This document shows positions 25,737 to 36,063 of a stretch of DNA of 64,000 nt, in pieces. Source of the DNA: Gnetum montanum (lineage: Eukaryota; Plantae; Gnetophyta). The number at the start of each line of letters is the position of its first letter. Position 1 is the first letter of the stretch. The translations under genes and the position numbers were made by a program. The DNA lies in NCBI GenBank assembly GCA_015680685.1, contig MNCI01001687.1, forward strand, positions 222,255 through 286,254. Direction: 5' to 3'. The notes beneath the pieces are model-generated. The model saw only the letters and a list, made by a program, of their open reading frames with translations, did not search any database and was not told where the DNA came from.

Positions 25737-27228
25737 CCAAACATCACAAAAATTTCATGTTGCCAATTCCAACTTCATTTTCCAACTTGAGGCAAGATTC
25801 TATTGTAAATGTAAGATTTGTAGTCCATTAGCTATAAGATTGCATAATTTAGATTTTTGGGGCTAAAAAATGCCTCAAAGTTTTTTATTTCCTCACTTCC
25901 TAAGTGGAAAAATGTACCTCATGTCTATATTTTAGCTTGAAAAGGCTAAAACTTCCTTGGGAATGGCCAAAATTAGCATTTTCATTGGTTTTCATAGGGC
26001 TATACCTTGAACTATGCTAGAACCATCTACCCCTCGGTGTAGATGGAATAGATGGGAATTTCCATTTTCAACCAAGCATAGGCACCAGCAAAACCCAATG
26101 TAGATGTAGTGTTGGAACTACTAGGATTTTCCATTTTGGAATTCATGTCATTTTCCATTTACATTTACATTTTCATTTTTCCTACTATGGCTAGTGAAGT
26201 TACCCTAAGTATTTAGTAGCTATAGCATGACCAGCATATATAGCATTTTCCATGGTTTCCAGTAGTTCTGTCACCAGAAGTTTCCAATATTTTCCAGTAA
26301 TTTTTAACATTTCCCATGGTTTCCAAATTTTTCCACATTTTACAACAACTTCAGCATAGTCAACAAAGTCCAACATAGTTGGGATGATGTCAACATAGTC
26401 ATGAAATTCCATTTACTATTTATAGTAAATAGATGGACTATGGTGGCTATGGTGTATTCCAAACTTACTATAAATGGAAACTATGCTGAGAATTATAACA
26501 ATTGTAACATAAAAATTTACATTAATCTGCTAGTAATTATGAAAGTGTTGTGAAGGCCCTAAAAACAACAATTCCATACCTATAAAACCCAAATGTTTAC
26601 ATATTCTAGTTTTACCACTTTTTGATATAACAAAACTATAACTTATTTCATAGCTTTAAAGCACTCGATAACTAGAAGCATTTGTAATTTTACAACCCAT
26701 TTAAGAAAAACTAGTACCTAGACTAGGCACAAAGACTTCCATGTAATACCACTGCAGTAGAAACTAGTGTAGAGTTACTGAAGACTAGAATTGGAAAGCA
26801 TCCAAATTAGAGTTTCAAGCACAAATCACAGGCTTCAGCAATGACTTCTTATGCATTTAGCATAAAATCAGTACTTTTTAAATTTTCCACTTTATTTTCC
26901 ATTTTTAATAAAGTTGTAGTTCATTATTATGCAAATCTGATTTCAAGTTTTCATTTCTCTATCTTTGTCCATTTTAGATCTGTAATTTCATTTCCACTTA
27001 TGTTTATGTTTTCTTTTGTTTTTATGTTTTCATTTCCATTTACATTTACATTTATGTTTATATTACTATTTAAAACTTTCATAAGTTCCTAGGTAATTGG
27101 CTAGACCACTCAGGGCACCTTGAATCTAGTTTTCTAGAGGCCCTTGGGATTTGAGGATAAAACGTTTCTAATGCCTAGGATATTCTAATTTCAATTCCAG
27201 CAATTAAAATTTCTAAATTGACTAGTGA
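25737..27228 (+). repeat. 3' LTR of E3 (~1.5 kb; 3' end approximate)
   Basis: Follows the PPT. The start is decayed (CCAAACATCAC for TGAAACACCAC). Shares blocks with the E1/E2 LTRs and abuts the middle of the E4 5' LTR. Confidence 0.75.
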
Positions 27229-28271
27229 CTAGCACACTTCAGAGGTTTCTCATGCATGCAGCAGGATACAATGCAAGTTTCTCACTTCAAACCGGTGGCT
27301 ACACTACGCTACGCTCTATAGCGTAGCACAACATAACAAAATGCTACGCTACAAAGAATGGAAAAATGTGGTGAGCAGTTACGTGAAATCAATGCACCTC
27401 ACCTAATTACACCATTTCTCTGACAATGTAATTATGATGCAGTAGGTTTGTAATTATGCCATGGAAGGCTCGCCCAATAGTCATGTAGGCACATGCAACA
27501 TAGACAAGTCAACATAGGCCCAAGGCACGTGGCGTTCAAACCATATCTTTGACGTGCTTGGGCCATATAAATACCCCAATGAGCAATGCTTACGGGGTTT
27601 GATTCTCCCTTTTAGGGCTTTTGGACTTCTGGCACTCGAGCTCTCTTTTTTACACTTTCAATTTCGATTTTCAAAGTAGTCTAGTCGGCTAAGGATTTTG
27701 TTGGCATACAAGTAAGCATGATAGCACCGTAACCTCGAGCATTGTAAGCTTCCTCATTCGACATTGTAAATAGTTAGCATTCTTAGTTGGCATTCTATTA
27801 TGCTCTTTCCCACCACCTTGGTAGCACTTCACATTATTAATGCTTGAGTCCATGTTCAAGCAGATAGTCATCTCGCTCTATATGTCTTGGTTACCCTCAG
27901 GATCTCTGCACTTCCTAGCACTGTGCAACCAATTGTATCCATCTTGATAGAGTGAAGTTGTAGCTCCGAAGTAGTGCATTTTTCTAACTGCACTTTACTT
28001 TGTCACTTGCTTATTGTTGCATTTTACACTATTTTCTACCTCTTTTACATTCAAGCATTGCTTTACACTATCAATTTTTGTTTTTCAAATCACATATTGC
28101 AAAAGGTTATATAGACACTGACTAAGTCCCTATCTGATTGACCAGACCATTCAAGGTGCTCTGTTTCTATCCCATCTAGCATGACCCTCCCACAGAAATG
28201 GGGTCAAGACTATCTATGACCAAAGACTAGTCGACATTCTTTTCCAGTGGCTAACTTTTTTGGTCACTACA
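27229..28271 (+). repeat. 5' LTR of E4 (5'-truncated)
   Basis: Ends ...CACTACA before the PBS. TATA (CATATAAATA) at ~27564. The U5 part is similar to the E6 LTR. Confidence 0.8.
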
Positions 28272-28278
28272 GTTTCTC

Positions 28279-28296
28279 TGGTACTAGAAGGAGGGC
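28279..28296 (+). promoter_or_regulatory. Primer binding site of E4, tRNA-Asn type
   Basis: TGGTACTAGAAGGAGGGC, a decayed form of TGGCGCTAGAAGGAGGG, which is complementary to the 3' end of plant tRNA-Asn(GUU) (...CCCUCCUUCUAGCGCCA). Confidence 0.85.
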
Positions 28297-28369
28297 CTTT
28301 GGTGCCCTTTCTATGTGTCATGGTAGTCCTGTAAGCCTTCTACACCATGATACGCATTAGTGTAAATTT

Positions 28370-28640
28370 GACACCCTTTTGCAGTTGTTTACACGTTGTG
28401 CAGTGCAGATCGGTCACCTCGATGGTTCCTCGAGAGCCCTAGATGACATAAAGCCTCTAGTTGCCAGCTGACTTGCCTATCTTATGGTAGTCTTGCATGC
28501 GTTCTGTATCCTTTCGTGCACTAGCATAAACGTGACACTTATTTGCGGTTGTTTACCCATCATGTGGTACTAGTCGGTTGCCTCAATGGCTCCTTGGGAG
28601 CACTACAAGACATAAAGCCTCTTTTTGATTACTTGCCAAA
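28370..28640 (+). repeat. 5' UTR tandem repeat of E4 (2 units of ~163 bp)
   Basis: tgacac...gcggttgtttac...cggt..cctc.atgg..cct...gacataaagcctct repeated at ~28370 and ~28533. Confidence 0.75.
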
Positions 28641-28727
28641 TTATTGCTCTTTCCATTCGCAAAACTATTTATCTTTCTAGTTTCCTTGCTTTTTTTCATG
28701 TTTGCAAAACTATCTAGCTTAGTAACA

Positions 28728-31700
28728 ATGACTTCTGCAACTACTGCTACTAACACCTTCAATGTTGAGGTTCCCATCACGGTTCAAGGCACCCTTGGTG
28801 CTGAAGAACTATTGAACCCAATGCTGGAAACACGACAATCCCTTAGGATCCAAAATCACAGACCTAAGGGCTTGGCCTAGCAACACGAGCACTATAACTT
28901 CCTCTGTGCAAAGGTTCAAGAAAACTTTCATTTGGATGTACATGAATTCGAGGGCAAATGTAGCTTTGAGTTCACTTATTGCGACGGGAAGGAGTTTGTT
29001 CCCACTACCAGCACTTCCATACCTTTCACAAAGATAAACCAAAGGCTTCTAGACCAACTAATCTAGTTGGCTAGGCTTTGGTAGTAGTAGGACACAACAT
29101 CGAACCAGGATGATGCTTTTCAGGGCAGACAGGAGGAACTTGATTCCCAATCCGATGAGGGAGGTTTAACCAACCCTGTTCCTACCCCTCCTACCCAGTC
29201 CTTCTAGGCCAACCTGTTGCCTTTCACTGCTCCCTTTTTCATCATGCCTACGCTCCTGTAGCCTGCAACTACAACCACAATGGGTAGCCATGTCACCTTC
29301 CCAGTGTATCAATGCCCTTATTCCCCTATTTCATTTCTAGCGACTATGCCTTCACAAACTATTCATCAATCCACTCCCATAGCACATCTCATACTAATCA
29401 CAGCTACCCTATTGCATGTTCACAATATACCTACTTCGTAGTCATATGCAACTCTCATTTTTATTCCTACGTTAACATCTATTCCATCCACCACAGCATG
29501 CCTGGGCCCATCCACATGGTGGACCCCATTCACTTTTTTGCCTATTTCACAACCTTCGTAGATGTCTCATTATGTTCACCCTCAGACCTACCAAACCCCG
29601 AAAATGGTATAACCTAACATGAGGCTATGGTCTATTCCACCGATGACACAAGCGGTCTATTTGACAGCTCAAACCATGGTTGCTGCTCCAAGAGCACCAC
29701 CTGTTGGGTGGTGGATAATGCAAGCAGCACCACTCGTGTGGGCTACGCCAATGGTACCAGTAATGGGTCACACTGCCACCCCCGCCACTCCATAGGTGGG
29801 TCCTGCCTCAGGAGTTCCCCAACTGCCTACACCATCGTAGGGTTTGGATCAAGCATTCTAGCTTATCCAGAGCCTCACTGAGGAAATGAAACACCTCAAG
29901 GATATTAGGGCTAACACGGTACAAGTCATGGACTTTTACTAGGATTACCCCATCAGCTTTGCAATCCCTGCTCTAACGTTACCCCTAGGGATGTCTCTCC
30001 CACACTTCACGAAGTACGATGGGGAGGGGGATCCCAATAGACATCTAGTTACCCTTAGGTCTGAGTCTCTTCTATTGCAATAATGGTGACACATGATTAT
30101 TGGTGTCTTTGGCATGTCCTTAGATGGGAGAGCCTTAGATTGGTATTGTGCTGCCATGCTTGTCCATTTCAACATTAGAAGAGCTTCTGACCTAGTTTGT
30201 GGCGTGCTTCAAGTACAACTTGAGGCCAGAGATCACATTGGATGAGTTGATGAGCATAAAATAGGAGCCTCTGGAACTAGTCCAGAAGTTCATCTAGCAA
30301 TAGAGTGTGACCCTTAATGAAATCCCCGAGCCCATCGTGGAGGCTCACTTGTTGGCCATCTTTAAGGATGCAGTGAATGACTTTATCAAGTCTAAACTGT
30401 ACTACCTTTCCCCTCGCACTCTTAGTCAAGCCTTTGCTTAGACTAAGAGTATACAAGATGTGGCCGAGGCAAGCAAACACCTGGCCTACATCGCTTACAA
30501 AAACACATTCACAAAGAATGACAAGGGTAAGGCCCCAACAACCAAAGTGGCCATTGTGGAAACTAAGGCCAAGCCCAAACCTAGTAACAATGGTAACAAG
30601 GGCAACAAGAAACTAGCTGTACCCGCAGCTAACCCCATGCCCAAGCAGGGAACATGTCACAACCTCCATCACCTACACCTGAGACATCTGTGCAACCCAA
30701 AATGAACTTTGAGGGTAAAGATTGCTCAAAGTACACCGCACTGCGTCGAAAGCCTTTAGAACTTCTGAAGCAACTACTAGCAGTGGGGCACATTCAACAC
30801 AAGTAAATGTTGAAAGAAGCTAGCAGGAGACATTAATGCTACTGCGAGCTCCTTAGGAACCGCTCCTTGGATCTGCCCAATGAGCCCCCAATTCCTAAGG
30901 GTTTTCAGCTAGAAAAGTTTTGTGACAACCACCAATAGTGTGGTCACAACATGGATTACTGTCTGGCATTGTAGGATGACATCTAGAGGTTGATCAACTA
31001 GGGAAAACTGGTGTTGGATGAAACCAACCCAGTACATCCCGAAAACCAATCTATTCATGTCTACATAGACCCCCTCAATGCCAATAATTCCGATTACATC
31101 AACAACACCATTAGCATTGACAGTGATCCTAGGCCAACCCAATAGCCATTCATGGTCCCTGTGCCTCAACGTAGTGCACCAGCACCATGAGTGACTAGTC
31201 AAAGCTTGTAACAACTATTCATCCTGAGAGTTCCACCATGGGCATCCATCTCCATGCCACCTATTAGTGAAACCGTGCTACTTCACCTGCTAACACCGTT
31301 AGCTCCTTTCATCATTAGGGGGCCAACTCCTTCGACAACCCCTGCCCTGTAAAAAATAGCTGAATAACCTTCTCATCCTAAAAAATGGGAAGTGCGTTTT
31401 GTGGTTGAGGCATTGAAGGGGAATACCACCCAAGGCATTCTGAAGCCTACGTCTTTGGCCCCTACACCTGCACCTTTATCACTAAAGATGAATGTTGCTG
31501 TAACCATGCAGTCTATGCCACCATACCAAAAAGGGTCTAAACCTAGATTTGAAGTTTCCCCTGCTTGGGAAATTCATCTTCTAGGATGAATCAAAGAGGA
31601 GGGAAGCTTCAAATAGGGGGTTGGCCAAGACCTTTTGGATGCCCTCGCTCAGGAAAAGTAGGCTTTAAAATAGAAAAACACTACACTTAGCCTATATGAC

Positions 31701-32531
31701 CTGATCATGACATCTTTCCCCCACCATGAGGCTCTGATCCACATGTTGATAGTGATTCTGGTCAATGAAAACATGCTAATAGAAGAGGAAGTGATCCACT
31801 CAGTCATGCTTCCCTCTGCACCCATAAATCCTGAGCCATCTCAATTGACTTTCAGAGATGATGCCATTAGGGAGGATCTAGAGAGGGGTCAGCTGACCAT
31901 GGCATCCCTTTTCATCATAATTCAGTTTAGCCAACATCATATTCGAAGGGTACACATTGATGATCGGGCTGCCACAAATGTCATCCCTTTCCCTATTGTG
32001 GTCAAGCTGGGCTTGGTCAACCAGATCAAGCCCACAACAACATCGTGCCTAAGGTCATTCAATGGGGCATGCATCTTGGTGAAAGGCACAGTCTACATAG
32101 ACTTTGTAGTAGGGGACCAGTTCCCCATAAGCACAACATTCATCGTGGTCTAGGAAATGCCCGGGGTTAACCTAATCTTGGGGAGATCATGGTTAGAAAA
32201 ACTTAGGGTTGTCTCCTCACCCATACATCAGGAAATCCACCTACCATACATGGGCAGGGAGGTGGTGATCCATGGTGAAAAAATAGCAGCATAAGCTATT
32301 AGTAACATAGACAGGGAGTAGGGTTTAGAGGTCATAACCTCTAAGAATGAAGCGCCTGCTCATGCGCACATTAACCACTCAGCGGGAGAGTCAGCCCAAC
32401 ATGCTGGTCTCCAAAATGAAAGCGTATGGGTTGAGTTGTCCTTCCAAGCGGGGGACAATGATGTGAATGAGATCCCTAGAAAAACACCTCAGCCTTACAT
32501 TCCACTCAACCCATGATGGTTCAAGAAGTAG
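28728..32531 (+). pseudogene. gag: Degenerate gag-protease ORF of E4, with a Pro/Thr-rich N-terminal extension
   Basis: ATG at 28728. Capsid motifs LPHFTKYDGEGDP..HL and GRALDWY, knuckle FCDNHQ*CGHNMDYC, protease VHIDDRAATNVIP...NLILGRSWL. Stop TAG at 32529-32531 with no RT following. Confidence 0.9.
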
Positions 32532-32629
32532 CTACACATAGCATAGCAACCCCATTGCTTCCTACCCAGTTGCCATCCCTTGTACGTTCACCCCTTTTTT
32601 TCTTTGTTAACGTACCATCCTTTTGGTAT

Positions 32630-32930
32630 GCTATGCTATGACCAAAAATGGCCTAAAACTATGTTTCACAATTGCCTGAAATGGCCTAAATCTATGCTAT
32701 GCTATGGCCCGAAATGGCCTAAAACAAGTAATAGCCCGAAATGGCCTAAAACTACCAATGGCCCGAAATGGCCTAAAACTATGCTACGCTATGGCCCGAA
32801 ACAACCTAAAACTAGCATGAGTTACCAATTAGCCATTGTTCATGTTGTTAACGTATCATTTCTTTGGCATGTTATGCAAAGACCTGAAATGGCCTAAAAT
32901 TAGCAATGGCCCAAAATGGCCAAAAACTAG
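32630..32930 (+). repeat. Minisatellite after the E4 protease stop (TGGCCCGAAATGGCCTAAAACTA units, ~8 copies)
   Basis: Directly visible units of ~27-34 bp. They produce the spurious PKWPKT ORF at 32580. Confidence 0.85.
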
Positions 32931-33099
32931 CACATGAAAGCATGAACATTTTACTCGAAACATAGCATGTATACAATGTACAAGGTAATGCAGAACCAAT
33001 TTCTATTTCACAAAATCCTCTTTTCTTTATTCAAAACTATTGTCTTGTAAACAATGTTTGCAAAATTTGTTACACAAAAAATTAAAAATTCCAAAAAAA

Positions 33100-34081
33100 G
33101 AATCCCATGCTGTCATGGATTGTCTTTGTTTGCATCATCTTCACCTTTCATTTTTGCATCATTTCCTTTTGTATCACCTTCCCCTACATTTTCCTCTGCT
33201 GATTCTTCATTCCTTCCATCCACGGGCCCTGTGCCCTCATCTGGAGCCTGCATCATAGGGGTGAAGCGATCAACTAGGAAAACAAACGTAAACTACAATA
33301 GAGCATAAGCATTAACACGGTAGAAAGCAACTAACTTGAGAAGGGCCTACATCCGTCTCAAAGGGTATCTAGTCTAAACTAAGCCCGAGGCGATGCCAGA
33401 CCTCCTCTATTGTGATGTCCACCCAACACCTATTGCTTGGTTCAACATCCGTAGTAGCTCTCTCCCTTTCAGCAATTGTCCACCTTGGTGGTCCTAGAGA
33501 AAGGAGACGGTTGTGGTCTCTCCTATGGGAAGGTCCACTTTCAGGTTAGGAGATTTTGTAACCTTTACCTACTTCTTAAACTTAGCATAGGCCTTAGAAG
33601 GATCAATAGCATTTATGAATGCTTCATACATAAATGCCTCCACAGTAGTGTCCCTATATAGTTTACGATGGGTGGAATTTTCCTATTTATACATCTGTTT
33701 ATGGTTTCTCTGGGACTGCCCCCATTCGTAAACCTTGGCATTGAATTCTTTCAAATCTTGACACTTCTGGGCTAGCAAGTCTATCTGCATCTACTATTCT
33801 ATTATTTCTTGGGTGGATTCAATGTTTTGACGAATGACTATCCAAAACCTGGAATAGTTTATTACAACAATGCACCAGTCCTCATTATTAGTGTCGCAGG
33901 CTATGGGGAACTCGTTTCTTGACTTGAGATCCTCCACCTCGATAATTAAGTTGGCCTCCCTTTGCTCAGCTCTTTGGACCTATTTCAACAGGTGCTCGTT
34001 GACATGCTGATACTCCCATAAGGAGTGTACCAAGTGCAAAACACATTTGCAAGCCTCGTTGTACGTGTGACAAGAGACCTC
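33100..34081 (-). pseudogene. 3' exons (coiled coil, acidic tail) of the E4 antisense gene
   Basis: Minus strand reads VSCHTYNEACKCVLHLVHSLWEYQH...EVEDLKSR and EEVWHRLGLSLD, homologous to E5 exon 7. The frame continues into 46973+ once E5 and one TSD copy are removed. Confidence 0.8.
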
Positions 34082-35215
34082 AGTACTACCTGAAATTGTC
34101 GATCACCGACTGGAAGGAAACAGAGATCGTGGGATTGAAGGACGTGCACAGAAGACCCTGCCTTCACCTGAGGGCAAACTCAAATGCACGAAGGTAGAGC
34201 ACCTTGGGTGGTCGGCACGCAGATCAGATAAGGACTTACCCGCACATATGCCGAAGTGCTATACGCTGGGTTATGCGTAAACAGCGTAAACGGGCGTAAA
34301 CGACGTCACAGATATAACAGGGCGTAAACGTAAACGAGCGTAAACAGAAAACATGCAAGAAATTAATGTAAACTATAAACAATGGTATTACAGAGTTCGA
34401 ATACAGTGCACCAGTCTAACACAGTTGTGATGAACACAAGGCATACGAAAAGCCCTGGTGGATGCAGGGATGACTCGGTGGATTTGCACAATAGGTGGAG
34501 CGTAGAGACTGTGTACATGGCGTACAGGGCTTTCTAGCGTAAGAGGGTTTTAGCTCTGGTGTGCAGCATAAATGTCTCTGGTCTACTCTAATATTTTTTT
34601 GCCAACCGTCCTAGGTCAAGTGGAGAAGTGGGGTTTTTATACCAGTTGTTACGCTAGACTCGGGTTAGGGGACACATGGCATGTTGACCGGGTGCATACA
34701 ATTTAGAAATATACATCATATTACATCTCTTGGGCATACACGCTAGATCAAGCCAGCGTACATGCTGGGCATATACGCTGGATGTGCTAGGCGTGTGAAC
34801 TTGGGTGGAGATGCCATGGATGCTAGGCGTGCACGCTGACAATGGCTGGGCATATACGCTAACGGCCGCCGACTTGCTTCAATTCTTGCTCTTCGGTGTT
34901 GTCTCCATTCTATCATCGAGACTTCATTGTTGGGCGTGTGCATTTGTGGTGCCGAGCGTACAGACAAGGCGTGTACATTGGGCGCGTAAGTCGGATGTCT
35001 GTTGGGCGTATACACTGGGAATGTCAGGCGTATACACTAGGAGTATATGCTGTTGATGCTGAGCGTATACGCTGGTACTGCACTTAGTGAAAAGTAAGCC
35101 TTTTGATTCCAGAAGTTGCAATGTGCGACGCCAGATGTAGTCGTGGCCGTTTGTGGGTCACAGGGACCTGCTTCTTGCTGGGGAAGCACTAAACTCAAAA
35201 TTTTATGGTGTTTCA
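34082..35215 (-). repeat. 3' LTR of E5 (1134 bp)
   Basis: Collinear with 45788-46972. Starts TGAAACACC on the minus strand at 35215, after PPT AAAGAGGCGCCAA. Rich in GCGTATACGC. Confidence 0.95.
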
Positions 35216-35844
35216 TTGGCGCCTCTTTGTTGACGCTTGGAGGAATCGACCTGAGAAACCTTGACAAAGAAGTGCAAAACACCACAAGCAACATGATATA
35301 AACTTTGTCCTTTGCCACTGGACTAGATGTCATCGCACCGTGTTTAGTAGTACATGAGATCGAAAAGGGAAATTTGTAGCTGATAGGAGAAGAGAGATTA
35401 TGGGGAGTGGTGACTCCCCAAGAAACTATGCTGGGAGATGGGGTGCTCGAGTGTGCGGCATGCTGGTCCTTGTCAATAGCCATTGTTGAGCAGACTCGGA
35501 GTTCAGACATGCGATGCGTGTCCTTTGGTGGGACAAGGCTCCTGGTTAGTGTTCAAGAGTACTTGTTGGCAAGACCAAAGCTATGGAGAGTTGTGTTACA
35601 TGCTTTGGAGGAACAGGGCCCATGTTTAATGTTTAGAGGGACCTGTTGGCGGAGAGCCAGAGCCATGCAACTATATGCTTCTCGATCGTTTCTTAGACAT
35701 GAGTACTTGGTTTTGAGACAACTGCCCTCCCGCCTGGGGCTTATATGGGAAGTTCTAGGAGTCTCGGTTTTTTTTTTTTGCTTTGAAAATAAGGAAAAAG
35801 GCGAAAAAAGCAAAAAGGCATAACGGCTGCGTCAGTGTCAGCGG

Positions 35845-35865
35845 AACGTTATATAAAGGGGGGGT
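35845..35865 (+). promoter_or_regulatory. Putative TATA box of the E5 antisense gene
   Basis: TTATATAAAGGGGGGG about 215 bp upstream of the exon-1 ATG (36064). A similar CATAAATAGGG lies upstream of the E4 copy (~50595-50605, minus strand). Confidence 0.5.
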
Positions 35866-36063
35866 GTCCATTTGCTTCTTACTTTGAAAGTGACAAAGCG
35901 TAAGCGACAGCGTAAAACTGTGAAAGTGTAAGCATGAACTAAGCGTAAATTTCCTCGTGAGCATAGACGCCGAAGAGTAACCCCAGTGTAGACGCGTGGC
36001 ATTAAACCCCAGCATAGACGTGGAGTGCAAACTTGTAGGCGTTCATAGCGTAATCAGGCCGAG

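Larger units (their letters stand above)
12527..27228 (+). mobile_element. E3: old Tat-lineage element, 5'-truncated at the E2 LTR (antisense gene remnant, repeat-rich spacer, RT-RH-aRH-INT, 3' LTR)
   Basis: Same internal order as E4. Pol at 21275-24742, PPT AAAGAGGGGCCAA at ~25724-25736, LTR 25737-~27228. Confidence 0.8.

Noticed and set aside
26841-27092. Hydrophobic F-rich ORF (similar ones at 12308 and 58358)
   Set aside because: It is a translation of T-rich low-complexity LTR U5 sequence.
28279-28296. tRNA-like sequence
   Set aside because: It is only the ~18-nt PBS complement. There is no tRNA gene body.
32580-32897. ORF with PKWPKT repeats
   Set aside because: It is a translation of a non-coding minisatellite after the protease stop, and the repeat is nearly absent in the sister element E6.
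34654-35823. Dense overlapping ORFs (AYTP/SVYA repeats), also at 46122-46878
   Set aside because: They arise from GC-rich palindromic LTR repeats and 3' UTR, and the frames are not preserved between the two LTRs.
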